This document shows, piece by piece, positions 47,262-57,206 of a DNA stretch of 64,000 bases. A program made the position numbers and the translations under genes. The notes under the pieces are model-generated. The model searched no databases, had not been told where the DNA came from, and was given only the letters and a program-made list of their open reading frames with translations. This stretch comes from Candidatus Babelota bacterium (GTDB lineage: Bacteria; Babelota; Babeliae; Babelales; Vermiphilaceae): positions 1-64,000 of the forward strand of contig JBMOLF010000015.1 of assembly GCA_049325595.1 (NCBI GenBank), read 5' to 3'. The first letter of the stretch is position 1. Each line of letters begins with the position of its first letter.

Positions 47262-48794
47262 ATGAAACTTTTTAAATTTATTTTTAATGCACTATTTTTT
47301 TGTTCTCAAATTGCTTTGGCTGGTGAAATTCCCGCATTAAAGCAATTAGCAGCGCAACAACTTGCGTACAAATATCAAAATTCAATCTTTACCAATTCAC
47401 TGGTCGCTGAATATAATAAAAAGCTTCCTGAGGCATGTATTAATCTAATAAATAAAGAACTACAAAGCGTAAATAAATTTTCTACCCTAACTTTAAAAGA
47501 AATTGCTCAGCAGATTTCTTATTTTGGGGTGTCATATTCACCAGATGGAAAAATTATAGCTACCATACACGATAAAACTATTAACTTATTCTCAACAGAA
47601 AATGGTAAACATATAGGTGCTTTGCAGGAGCATGAGCAGACGATTACTGATACTATTTTTATGGATGATTATACCCTCATTTCAGCTTCAATAGATAAAA
47701 CTCTAAAGATGTGGGATTTAAAAAAACATATATTAATAACCTCTTTTCAAACACAAGCCGAAGTGAAATCTATAAAACTATCTGGTGATAAGCATTATTT
47801 ATATGCTTTTTTGGAGAATGGTGTAATTGAAGTATGGAGCTTAAAATCGCATGAGTTATATCACACGATTAATGCGCAGTTTGATGGAAGTGATTTATTT
47901 TACTCAAAGCGTTTTAACAAAGCTAAAACGAAAGTGGTATTTATTCAGCCAGATAATAGCTTAATTATTGTTGATTTATTACAAGCAACTATAACTAAAA
48001 CAACTCAAATACATGAATTAAATATTCTTGATATTGCAATAACTGAAAATACTCCAATTGAATATATTATTACCGCATCTTCAGATCATAGGATAAAAAT
48101 CTGTGACATGCATACTGCGAAAGTAATTAGAACCTTGGAAGATAACAATATAACAAACGATAACGGAGAGATTCTGGGTGAAAGCCATGCAGGAGCAGTA
48201 TATGCTGTTATAGTTAATAAAAATGAAATTATTTCAGCTTCGCAAGATGGTACCATAAAAAGTTGGGATATTTTTACGGGAGAATGCCTGAAAGCATGGC
48301 ATGCACATGCTCAACCGATATTTAATCTTTATCTTTTTAACAACGGCAAAAATTTAATTTCTTGCTCACAATCAGGTGAAATTAAAATGTGGGATGTTTT
48401 GAATAGCAAATGCCAAAGAACTATACAAGCCCATGCAAGTTCAATACATTATCTTAAATTTTTAGACAAAAATAGTATAGCAACCGCATCGTTAACAGAT
48501 GGCACTCTTAAAGTATGGGATCTTTTTCATGGAAGTTGTCTTTTCTGTAAATTTATTACCAATAAAAAGCATGCTATTACTGATGTTTACCAAACTAAAT
48601 TAAAGCTTTCACCCAATAAGGGGGGATTGCTCGTTATAGATAATGGCATAATGCAGATCATGCAGTCGGAAAAAGTTACCATAACATCAAATAAAAAATC
48701 ATTATTAAATATGCTAGCTCTTTTAATTCCGAGCGGCATGATTTTCGCTGGTGCAGTGGGAGCAATGTCTATAGCCTTGTCCCATTATCGGTGA
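47262..48794 (+). CDS. Exported WD40-repeat protein with N-terminal BC-box-like motif and C-terminal TM anchor
   Basis: Repeats ISASIDKTLKMWD, ISASQDGTIKSWD, ISCSQSGEIKMWD, DGTLKVWD; hydrophobic C-terminus. Confidence 0.85.
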   Translation: MKLFKFIFNALFFCSQIALAGEIPALKQLAAQQLAYKYQNSIFTNSLVAEYNKKLPEACINLINKELQSVNKFSTLTLKEIAQQISYFGVSYSPDGKIIATIHDKTINLFSTENGKHIGALQEHEQTITDTIFMDDYTLISASIDKTLKMWDLKKHILITSFQTQAEVKSIKLSGDKHYLYAFLENGVIEVWSLKSHELYHTINAQFDGSDLFYSKRFNKAKTKVVFIQPDNSLIIVDLLQATITKTTQIHELNILDIAITENTPIEYIITASSDHRIKICDMHTAKVIRTLEDNNITNDNGEILGESHAGAVYAVIVNKNEIISASQDGTIKSWDIFTGECLKAWHAHAQPIFNLYLFNNGKNLISCSQSGEIKMWDVLNSKCQRTIQAHASSIHYLKFLDKNSIATASLTDGTLKVWDLFHGSCLFCKFITNKKHAITDVYQTKLKLSPNKGGLLVIDNGIMQIMQSEKVTITSNKKSLLNMLALLIPSGMIFAGAVGAMSIALSHYR

Positions 48795-49653
48795 TAGATA
48801 AATTTCGATTAGGTAGGAGGAGCTCTACCAGCGCAGAATATCCATGAGATAATGCGTATTCTTCAAGTCCTTGGCTATTTGCACCTGCATCTAATAGTAA
48901 TTTTGTTAATTCAAAATTATTATTGCGAATAGTTTTAATAAGCAAGGCAGGGCCTTTTAAACCATCAACTTCTATAAGTGCACCATGCGCGACCAGAATT
49001 CTGTAAAGATCGGTATTATTTGTCTCAATACAAGCTTCTAAAGGGCTTAAATTAAAAAATACCCCATTTAAATTAATATTTTTGTTAAGCAATTCTGCGA
49101 TTATTTCGCTATTGTTATGTTTTATAGCAATAATTATAAGAGGCGATAACTGGTGCCAATTTCCTTGGTAAGCAGTAAGCAATCTTTTAGTGAATGCATT
49201 ATTTTTAACTTCCAGTGAAGCATTAAACAGTTGAATACCCTGAGAAGTTTCAAAATTTATTAACGTATGAGGTAAAAGTAGTTCTGCTAAGTTTAATTTT
49301 TTTTGATTGAGTGCCATTTCCAATGGATGATTGCCGGATAAATCGGAAGTGGTCGGGCTGCTTTTTGCCAGCAATTCTGCTGCTACTGAAATCATGGATA
49401 TTTCATTATTTTCTTTAGCCGCAAGTAGATAGGTCAATGGCGTATAAGTTTTTTTAAATAGAGTTTTTGTGGCAGGTACATAACGATGGGTATAAATATA
49501 TTGATTTACTGGAAATCCATTATCTAATGCATAAGCAACTTGCTTGGCATACGCATTTTCTAGGCCTTGAATAAATGATTGTTCAAGGTGTACTAATTCT
49601 GATGCATGCGTGTAAAAACTGATTAAAATGAGAAATAAATAGGTGTTTTTCAT
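48769..49653 (-). CDS. Exported ankyrin-repeat protein
   Basis: SGNHPLEMAL, SPLEACI, NNFELTKLLLDAGAN; signal peptide. Confidence 0.8.
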   Translation of the reverse strand: MKNTYLFLILISFYTHASELVHLEQSFIQGLENAYAKQVAYALDNGFPVNQYIYTHRYVPATKTLFKKTYTPLTYLLAAKENNEISMISVAAELLAKSSPTTSDLSGNHPLEMALNQKKLNLAELLLPHTLINFETSQGIQLFNASLEVKNNAFTKRLLTAYQGNWHQLSPLIIIAIKHNNSEIIAELLNKNINLNGVFFNLSPLEACIETNNTDLYRILVAHGALIEVDGLKGPALLIKTIRNNNFELTKLLLDAGANSQGLEEYALSHGYSALVELLLPNRNLSITDNGTRL

Positions 49654-49697
49654 GGGAGGTTGTTTTGATTATTCGAGTTCTAGTAATTCAATAATTT

Positions 49698-50411
49698 TTA
49701 GAAGTTATGATCCATTCGATCGTTAGAAAAATCAGACGCTTTTTTAATATCCAAATTAGTTATTACATTACACAGATAGTTAAGATTAGCTGGAGCATGT
49801 CTTTCTTTTAATAGATTGATAACGGTATTAAAACGGCCATTTTTATTATTTTTACTTGCCATATCTAAGTAGTTATAAGTGAGTTTATCATTGTCAGAAA
49901 GATCAGGACTTTTTTCTATGATCTTTTGTGCCAATGAAGCATTCTCATTTTCTATTGCCCAGGCTAATGGTGAACCAAGCCGGCTAGGTTGATCGATAAT
50001 AGCACCTTTATCAATAAGATAATGAGCAACTTCACTCTTATCACCCATGGCAGCACTTAATAACGGGTAATACCCATCTATAGATAGATTGATATCTGCG
50101 CCATGAGAAGCTAAAATCTTCACAGCTTCTAAATTTCCTTTTTCTGCAGCGTAGATTAACGGAGTTGCATTAAAATCAATTTCTTGATTTAAGAAGTTAC
50201 TGTTTGTTTGTATAGTTTCTGATAGTTGGTGCAGGTTATTATTTTTTAAACTTACTAATAAAAGATTATTAATTGTTTTTGGTTTTTTATTTGCTACGAA
50301 AGATTCTTCAGCTGATTCAGCTTTACGTTTTTTAGTTATTGTTGTCTCTGCTGAAAATAGTGATTGAGTACAAAGTAATGCTAAAGCTGTTAAGAAAGTT
50401 GGTTTATTCAT
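49698..50411 (-). CDS. Exported ankyrin-repeat protein with bipartite NLS-like motif
   Basis: TPLIYAAEKGNLEAVKILASHGADIN; KRKAESAEESFVANKKPK. Confidence 0.85.
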   Translation of the reverse strand: MNKPTFLTALALLCTQSLFSAETTITKKRKAESAEESFVANKKPKTINNLLLVSLKNNNLHQLSETIQTNSNFLNQEIDFNATPLIYAAEKGNLEAVKILASHGADINLSIDGYYPLLSAAMGDKSEVAHYLIDKGAIIDQPSRLGSPLAWAIENENASLAQKIIEKSPDLSDNDKLTYNYLDMASKNNKNGRFNTVINLLKERHAPANLNYLCNVITNLDIKKASDFSNDRMDHNF

Positions 50412-50582
50412 TATTTTACCATAAATATTAAAAGAATTAATGCACTTTTCTATTTTTTTGAAAAGTAAGACGTCGAGTGGTTAATGTATTAATTGTAGTA
50501 ATTTGCCAATATTAATCAAACAATAATTCTATTTACATTATTCAATCCAGAGACAACAATAATAAAATGATTTTTTTTCTAA

Positions 50583-51578
50583 TTATTCGAGCTCTAAAAG
50601 TTCAACTTGTTTAGCGCGCATTATCTGCTTTACTTTGTATTTTTTATGAATGATTTGTTCGACTTGATCGGGGTTAAATCGACCCCACAATAGGAAATTT
50701 CTTATTTCCTGAGGGTTAAAAGTTGTATCTATGGTTTCTTCTTTTAAGTTGGCTATTTCATTTAATAAAATATAAGCCATTTCATCATTACCATTACCTT
50801 CTGTGTCAGCTAAAAAATTTTCAGACAAGGTAACTTGCTTTTTTGTTATAAACTGCTTTGCTAAATGGTTGTTGCAATGTCTTAATGCGGCTGAAAATGG
50901 TGTGATAGTTCCTTTTTGTTTGGGCTTAAAATCTATTATTGCCCCTTTTTTGATTAACACCTGTATGATGTCGTCATGCGAATGATTTTTATTAGCGCAA
51001 ATAGCTTGTGTAAGTAATGATGATTCGTATACCGGATGATCAATATTTACTTCTGCTCCAAGTTCTAGAAGTTTTTGGGCAAGTGCAATTTGTTTGTTAC
51101 TTATTGCAAAAAGCAATGGTGTACCAAATCTATCGGCTAAATTTACGTCAGCTCCATTTTCAAGCAAGAATAATGCCACGGGCTCACTATTAATGTGTTT
51201 TTTTATACTTTGAATTAATGGTGTTTGGCTCCATCCATTTTTCTCATTTACGCTAGCGCCCTTGTCTATTAATTCTTTAACGATATCAAGACGAAGCTTA
51301 TGGGCAGCAATGGTTAAGGGCGTGGTCTTATTCTCAAGTGCTAGATTAGGGTTAGCACCCAGCTCCAAAGCCTTTTTTATGAGGTTAAAGCCATCGTCTT
51401 GGCTTAACCCTTCACATAGCATCTTTTGTGCATCATCTAAGGGGGTCATTATTTTTTGTTTTTTAGTTTGAGGCGCTTCATCACTTTGTTCTGCAAGTCT
51501 TTTGTAGGGTGGCAAAGAGGCAAAAGAATTTTGATAAAAACAGAGTGCCAATAAAATAAGAACATGATGGGAAATCAC
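50583..51578 (-). CDS. Exported ankyrin-repeat protein with bipartite NLS-like motif
   Basis: TPLTIAA..IVKELIDKGASVN, LLENGADVN; KRLAEQSDEAPQTKKQK; C-terminal RAKQVELLELE. Confidence 0.85.
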   Translation of the reverse strand: MISHHVLILLALCFYQNSFASLPPYKRLAEQSDEAPQTKKQKIMTPLDDAQKMLCEGLSQDDGFNLIKKALELGANPNLALENKTTPLTIAAHKLRLDIVKELIDKGASVNEKNGWSQTPLIQSIKKHINSEPVALFLLENGADVNLADRFGTPLLFAISNKQIALAQKLLELGAEVNIDHPVYESSLLTQAICANKNHSHDDIIQVLIKKGAIIDFKPKQKGTITPFSAALRHCNNHLAKQFITKKQVTLSENFLADTEGNGNDEMAYILLNEIANLKEETIDTTFNPQEIRNFLLWGRFNPDQVEQIIHKKYKVKQIMRAKQVELLELE

Positions 51579-51596
51579 TTGATTTACTCCTGCACT

Positions 51597-52367
51597 TTAC
51601 TCAATTTCTAATAATTCAACTTGTTTGGCGCGAGCCATTTGTTTTATTTTGTACGCGTCAAAAATTTTTTTCTCAACAACCCAGGAAGGGATAAAATTTC
51701 CAACTGCTTGTCGTAGCTGGTCAGGATTGTATGTAGCATTAATGGGGGATCTGAGGTGTTTTAGTTCATGTAATATTATCAAAGCCATTTCTTGATTGCC
51801 CGATTGAAAAGCAGCAAAAAGCGTACGCTCGGAAAGAGGTATGCCATAGTGGCCTATCAATCTTTTTGCTAGCGTATTGTTGTGCTGATTTATTGCTGCT
51901 TCAAAGGGATTGAGCGGCAATGCGCCACGTTCTATAAGGCTATCGTAAGCGATAGTTGCACCGTTATCGATAAGCAGATTTATAATCTCATCATGTGAAT
52001 TATCATCATTACATTGAATTGCCAGTGCAAGAATAGAAAATTCGTTATCTTTTTGTTTAAGATAAATTCCCTTTTCGATCAAACGTTTAGCTACATCAAA
52101 TTGATCCGTTTTAATAGCTTCTATCAAATCGGCCACATCATTGTTAATGTAGGTCCTGCTGTGTGTAGGTAGCATGGTATCAAATAGATTTTCTGCAAAC
52201 GAGGTGAATTTTAAGTCTTGATCACCGGCTGTTTTATATTTTTTGGTGGGTGCGTTATTCAGATCATCATGTGAAGCTCTTTTTTTACCATGGGGTAATT
52301 CTGAGCACAAAGATGATGATAGTATTACCAAGCTAAGTAGCAATGCATAGTTTATAATTTTTTTCAT
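51597..52367 (-). CDS. Exported ankyrin-repeat protein, paralog of 50583..51578
   Basis: SILALAIQCN..SHDEIINLLIDNGA; KRASHDDLNNAPTKKYK; C-terminal RAKQVELLEIE. Confidence 0.8.
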   Translation of the reverse strand: MKKIINYALLLSLVILSSSLCSELPHGKKRASHDDLNNAPTKKYKTAGDQDLKFTSFAENLFDTMLPTHSRTYINNDVADLIEAIKTDQFDVAKRLIEKGIYLKQKDNEFSILALAIQCNDDNSHDEIINLLIDNGATIAYDSLIERGALPLNPFEAAINQHNNTLAKRLIGHYGIPLSERTLFAAFQSGNQEMALIILHELKHLRSPINATYNPDQLRQAVGNFIPSWVVEKKIFDAYKIKQMARAKQVELLEIE

Positions 52368-52455
52368 GGGTGTAAGCGTGATGAGAGTAGTGGGAGGCCG
52401 CTTTAACTATTTGTGTAGCAATGCAAAGGGCAGCTGTTGCTGCCCCTCTTATAAT

Positions 52456-53070
52456 TTAGAACGGAAGATCATCTACAAATGGTGGCTCGTCATTGAAATT
52501 AAGCTCACCCGTGTCAGATGCATCAGGAATATTTTCAAGCAATTTTGCTTTTTTCTTTACTTTAGCAGGTTCAACTTTTACCTCATCAAATGAAAATGAA
52601 GAAGTTGTTGCTGGCTTTGCTTGATTGCGATTTTTAATTTGATTGATTTGATTAAACAATTCTTTTTCAGCTGGATTATTTAAATCAAGACCAGTATTTG
52701 AAGATTCATTTTTTTCTGAATTATCTTCAGATTGTGCGCCATACGACAAGAACATTACGCGGTCAGCAACAATTGAGTGTTTGCTTCGTTTTTGACCTGA
52801 TGCTGAATCTTCCCAGCTATCAAATTTTAAGCGGCCTTCGATAAGCACCGGGCGACCTTTTTGTAAATATTGGCGACAACTTTCTGCTTGAGGTCCCCAA
52901 ACATCGATATCGATATAGCATACTTCTTGTATCATATCGCCATTTTGTTTGTTTTTAAATTGTCGGTTTGATGCAATACCCAAACGGCATACTGCTTGTC
53001 CTGAAGAAAGTTGTTTATATTCAGGATCGCGGGTTAAATTACCCATGATGATTACACGATTAAAACTCAT
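52456..53070 (-). CDS. ssb: Single-stranded DNA-binding protein
   Basis: FNRVIIMGNLTRDPE, KGRPVLIEGRL, C-terminal DDLPF. Confidence 0.96.
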   Translation of the reverse strand: MSFNRVIIMGNLTRDPEYKQLSSGQAVCRLGIASNRQFKNKQNGDMIQEVCYIDIDVWGPQAESCRQYLQKGRPVLIEGRLKFDSWEDSASGQKRSKHSIVADRVMFLSYGAQSEDNSEKNESSNTGLDLNNPAEKELFNQINQIKNRNQAKPATTSSFSFDEVKVEPAKVKKKAKLLENIPDASDTGELNFNDEPPFVDDLPF

Positions 53071-53154
53071 GTGTGTCCTTTAGAAAATTTAAGTAAAGTA
53101 TTACTCATGGTAGCAAAAAAATAAGTTTACTCAAACACTCAAAAACAAATAGGA

Positions 53155-53550
53155 TTACTTATTTTTTTTAGATGTTGATTCTAATGAAGAACGATTTTCA
53201 TGAATAAAGCTGCAGACTGCATCAAGTTCATTATGCAATTGTGTAAGGGCATGATTAAGTTGATCAATTTTTGCATGCCATTCACCAAGCGTTTCTTTAG
53301 AAGCGTTGTGTAATATACCTTTTTTATTATTTTGAACGAGGTCATCAACTTCGTTAATACAAAATTCTTGTATATGGGCTATTTTTTTTATCGTTGGCGC
53401 AGAATAGTGCAAAAAATCTGCGCAATCATTACCAGCTTGTTCTTTAAGTTTTTGCTGCGATACTTTCGGTGTCTTTTTTATAATAAAATTTTCAGCTAAT
53501 ACACCAGTTCCTAAAAAAATACTGGTTATTATAAGTAATTTAACTTTCAT
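53155..53550 (-). CDS. Hypothetical exported helical protein
   Basis: 131-aa ORF, signal peptide, GAGG RBS. Confidence 0.6.
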   Translation of the reverse strand: MKVKLLIITSIFLGTGVLAENFIIKKTPKVSQQKLKEQAGNDCADFLHYSAPTIKKIAHIQEFCINEVDDLVQNNKKGILHNASKETLGEWHAKIDQLNHALTQLHNELDAVCSFIHENRSSLESTSKKNK

Positions 53551-53566
53551 AAATCCTCAAAAAAAT

Positions 53567-54133
53567 TTAATGAGTGTGAGGAAGAATATGTCTAATGCCA
53601 ATTTTTACGTATTGTATGCACGATAAACAAATAACTAATGCAACAAGTACGAGTAATAGTGAATAGGTTTTGTAAGGAAGCCATTGATAATAATGGCACA
53701 TGAAAAGCCATACAAGAAAAAAAGTTTGTAGCACGGTGCTTGCTTTGCCAAGCAGAGTCGGTCGTGCCTGAAAACGGGTATTAATACAAAAAAGCAGTCC
53801 TGACCCAACCAAAATAAGCAATTCTTTGGTTATTATCAAACAGGCAAACCATGCCGGAATACCCAATGAAAAACCTTTAATAAAAGCGAGTGTAGTAAAA
53901 CAGCTAAGCAGAAGAATTTTATCAGCAATAGGGTCAAGGCACGCGCCAAGTTCAGTATGTTCATTGCGCAAACGCGCTAATAAGCCATCGAGCATGTCAG
54001 TTATAGAAGCAATGGCAAATAAAAATACGGCTATGCCCCAGGTGCCAGCAAGCATGTTCATAACAATAAAAGGGGTGAGTGCAATACGTGATAACGTTAA
54101 CCAGGTTGAAAGGGTGAGCTTATTTTTCTGCAT
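53567..54133 (-). CDS. pgsA: CDP-alcohol phosphatidyltransferase (PgsA-like)
   Basis: LTLSRI; D.LDG.LAR....T.LGA.LDP.ADK signature. Confidence 0.85.
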   Translation of the reverse strand: MQKNKLTLSTWLTLSRIALTPFIVMNMLAGTWGIAVFLFAIASITDMLDGLLARLRNEHTELGACLDPIADKILLLSCFTTLAFIKGFSLGIPAWFACLIITKELLILVGSGLLFCINTRFQARPTLLGKASTVLQTFFLVWLFMCHYYQWLPYKTYSLLLVLVALVICLSCIQYVKIGIRHILPHTH

Positions 54134-54143
54134 ACATATTTTC

Positions 54144-55196
54144 CTATGTAATAATACCTGCGCCTAAGCATACCTGATTATCATAAAAGACTGCAAATTG
54201 TCCGGGAGCTATTCCTTGATCGTTAGTTGTTAAGGTAACTTTTACACTATGTTGCTCATGTGGTTCTATTACTGCTTGGTGTATATTTTTACCATGTCGT
54301 AATTTTACCTGAACGATTGTAGGCTTTTCAATGCTTGATGCCAGCCAATTGCAATCAGTGGCAATAAATTGATTGCGTTGTTTATCAGCTGCATGGTAGG
54401 TACGGGAAACATACACAATATTTTTTGCCGTATCTTTAGTAACTACGTACCATGGTCCACCAGCAAGGCCAGATCCTTGACGTTGGCCAATAGTGTGAAA
54501 CCAAAAGCCTTTATGGGTGCCCAGTTTTTTACCCGTTTCATATTCAACAAGATCGCCTGGTTTTTGACCAATATGATGTTTAATAAAATCGCTAAACTTG
54601 AGCTTGCCTAAAAAGCAAATACCTTGACTGTCTTTACGATCCTTAGTTGGCAAGTTAAATTGATGCGCTAGAGCACGTACCTCTTCTTTTTGCAAATGTC
54701 CAATAGGAAACAATGCTCGTGATAGTTGATTTTTATCAAGATATGACAAGAAATATGTTTGGTCTTTAATAGCATCAGGAGACATACGTAATACCGGACC
54801 ATCTTGAGTGTGTTCTACTTGCGCATAGTGACCAGTGGCTATTTTTTCATAGCTATCATCAATGTGCTTAAGAAAAAAGCCAAATTTTATGCGCTGGTTG
54901 CAGAGCACATCGGGATTAGGCGTGCGGCCACGCTTAATTTCTTCAATAGTATAGCGAGCTACCGTATTGTGATATTCTTGTTGCAAGGAAACTACATGCA
55001 AGGGAACATCAAGTTGTTGGCATACGGCTTGAACATATTCTAAATCTTCTTGCCATGGGCATGACCCAAGGTAAGAAAGTTCATCTTCCAGCCAAATTTT
55101 TAAATAAAAAGCGGTAACATCGTGCCCTTGTTGTTTTAGCAAGGCAAGAGCAACAGAACTGTCTACGCCTCCGGAAACTAATACTGCGATTTTCAT
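54144..55196 (-). CDS. mnmA: tRNA-specific 2-thiouridylase
   Basis: SGGVDSSV, TPNPDVLCN, ATGHYA, KDQTYFL, DSQGICF, PGQFAVFY. Confidence 0.96.
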   Translation of the reverse strand: MKIAVLVSGGVDSSVALALLKQQGHDVTAFYLKIWLEDELSYLGSCPWQEDLEYVQAVCQQLDVPLHVVSLQQEYHNTVARYTIEEIKRGRTPNPDVLCNQRIKFGFFLKHIDDSYEKIATGHYAQVEHTQDGPVLRMSPDAIKDQTYFLSYLDKNQLSRALFPIGHLQKEEVRALAHQFNLPTKDRKDSQGICFLGKLKFSDFIKHHIGQKPGDLVEYETGKKLGTHKGFWFHTIGQRQGSGLAGGPWYVVTKDTAKNIVYVSRTYHAADKQRNQFIATDCNWLASSIEKPTIVQVKLRHGKNIHQAVIEPHEQHSVKVTLTTNDQGIAPGQFAVFYDNQVCLGAGIIT

Positions 55197-55382
55197 AGTT
55201 CACCATTAAATAGTTAAAATTTGCTATTAGTATACCATTTTTTTGAGAAATCTAAAAAAACAAAGAGGGATCATATATGAATAAAATCTCGTAGCGAGCT
55301 GAATTATTTTATAAATTCATTTTCTGGGGAATTATATGCTAGTATAATTTATATGACTCTTTTTAACGCAAGGACTTAAAAT

Positions 55383-55997
55383 ATGAGATTATTTTTTTTG
55401 TTTTTGTTTACTTTTTTATTGAGCTGCAAAACCAATGGATCAGAACAACGTGGAACATTTAATGTAATAATAAATAATGAAACATCTATTGATCTTGTAG
55501 TGAGAGCTTTGCGTGAAAAATTAGGAATTATAAAACCTACAAAAGGATCTTTATTGTCAATCAAAGCATCTGGGGACGAGAAAATATATAAAGGCAACGC
55601 TAAATTTTCTTTTGATCTTAATCCTGGAAAGCGAATTAGCTTAATGATCAATGATGCTGAGTGCACCCTAATGTATATAAATGCTGGAAGAGGTTTTTTT
55701 GATTTGCGTAAATCAGCCTTTGAGTACTTTATTAAAAGTAATCAACCTGAATATAATATATTTGTTAATAGCACTAAAAAAGATGGCACAACATTATTAT
55801 CATCATGGCGTTTTAAAGAAATAGATCCATACAACCCATCCGTTTTTCCACCTGAAATTACCTTAATGGTTAAAATTTATAATTTAGGTAAGCAGCCTCG
55901 GGTTTTGCAAACAATTGAATTGCGTAATGTTATACATTTGAAAGATACAATAAAGACAGAAGAAATAAAACCCATTAGCGAAGAAGAGTTTAAGTAA
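55383..55997 (+). CDS. Hypothetical lipoprotein, member 1 of exported beta-rich array
   Basis: LLSC lipobox; IINNETSIDLVV motif. Confidence 0.6.
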   Translation: MRLFFLFLFTFLLSCKTNGSEQRGTFNVIINNETSIDLVVRALREKLGIIKPTKGSLLSIKASGDEKIYKGNAKFSFDLNPGKRISLMINDAECTLMYINAGRGFFDLRKSAFEYFIKSNQPEYNIFVNSTKKDGTTLLSSWRFKEIDPYNPSVFPPEITLMVKIYNLGKQPRVLQTIELRNVIHLKDTIKTEEIKPISEEEFK

Positions 55998-56077
55998 AAA
56001 CCCCACTTTAAATATTGCTATTTGAAAATGTCTCATGCTACTCTTAATAATAATGATATTTTAAAATTAGGGGTACT

Positions 56078-56575
56078 ATGAAGCTATTCAACACACTTTT
56101 ATACACTATTAGTGCAGTTATTTTTTGTTCAAATCTTGCAGCATTTGAATTTCCTACACTTCCAGTGGTAGACAAACCTAAAATAGAAATTTACTTACAT
56201 GTGGTTAAAAATACTACAAATCAAACCATTTCTTTAGCGCGATTAAAAACGGTTGGTACTGACAAGCCATTTCTCGTATTAAAACCAGGTGAAGAAAAAC
56301 AAAATATTCAATTGCCGCTTGATTCAAGAACAGGCGGCTCTCAAATAGCTATAATTGATCAAGATGGTAACGCACGATATGTTGTACTTTTTAATCCCCA
56401 AGGACCTTATAATGCTGCTTATGTTCAATTACGAGAAGTTGGCAAAAAAGAGCCTCTTAGCAGTTTTGAATTGTCACCAGAGCAATTAAAAAGCAAGTGG
56501 ACTATTGCAATTGCGCTTAATATTGGTATGAATCCTGAGGGTAGATGGTATTTGCAAGCTGCTCCTGCCGCATAA
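56078..56575 (+). CDS. Hypothetical exported protein, array member 2
   Basis: Signal; VVKNTTNQTISL..LKPGEEK. Confidence 0.65.
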   Translation: MKLFNTLLYTISAVIFCSNLAAFEFPTLPVVDKPKIEIYLHVVKNTTNQTISLARLKTVGTDKPFLVLKPGEEKQNIQLPLDSRTGGSQIAIIDQDGNARYVVLFNPQGPYNAAYVQLREVGKKEPLSSFELSPEQLKSKWTIAIALNIGMNPEGRWYLQAAPAA

Positions 56576-56639
56576 TCATTAATTACATTAGTTGTCTTCA
56601 AATTTATTATCAAAGATATTTTGCAGTTGGTGGGCTTAT

Positions 56640-57161
56640 ATGAAAAAATTATTCTTGCTTGGTTTTATAATCAATTTGCATGCAATGGAAATGCCCATTG
56701 AACGAATGCATGCTTATTTAGAAAAAGTGGTAAACAAAACAAATCACTCTATAAAAATTGTTAACCCCAATCAACAAGAATTTACTATTGCACCGGGGAA
56801 GGAAATTGGCGGAAGTGAAATATCTAAACGATTTGAGTTACCTTTAAGTAGTCCTAATGCATTCTTGCGAACTTTTATTTATCTTAATGATGAACAATTT
56901 TATCGACTTTCGCTTGAGTTAATGCTAAATCCATCGCAAAACATAAGAAATCAATCATTTAGAGAGTTTGTTGCTAAATTAACTATGAACTATCCAAAAT
57001 TCTTCAAAAACCAGAGTTGGCAATGGAGCAACAAATATATCACTGATTTTTTTGAACAGGGTGATTATGAATGGATTTTTAAAATATCAATAATATTTAA
57101 AGGTGAAAATTTGCAAGAAACGGAATTAACTTTTACCAGAGATGTAAAACAAACCCGTTAA
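56640..57161 (+). CDS. Hypothetical exported protein, array member 3
   Basis: MKKLFLL..LHA-ME signal; VVNKTNHSIKI..IAPGKE. Confidence 0.65.
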   Translation: MKKLFLLGFIINLHAMEMPIERMHAYLEKVVNKTNHSIKIVNPNQQEFTIAPGKEIGGSEISKRFELPLSSPNAFLRTFIYLNDEQFYRLSLELMLNPSQNIRNQSFREFVAKLTMNYPKFFKNQSWQWSNKYITDFFEQGDYEWIFKISIIFKGENLQETELTFTRDVKQTR

Positions 57162-57206
57162 TGGTTAGTTTCATATACAGTAGTAGCAAGGCATTGATGA
57201 GTTGAT

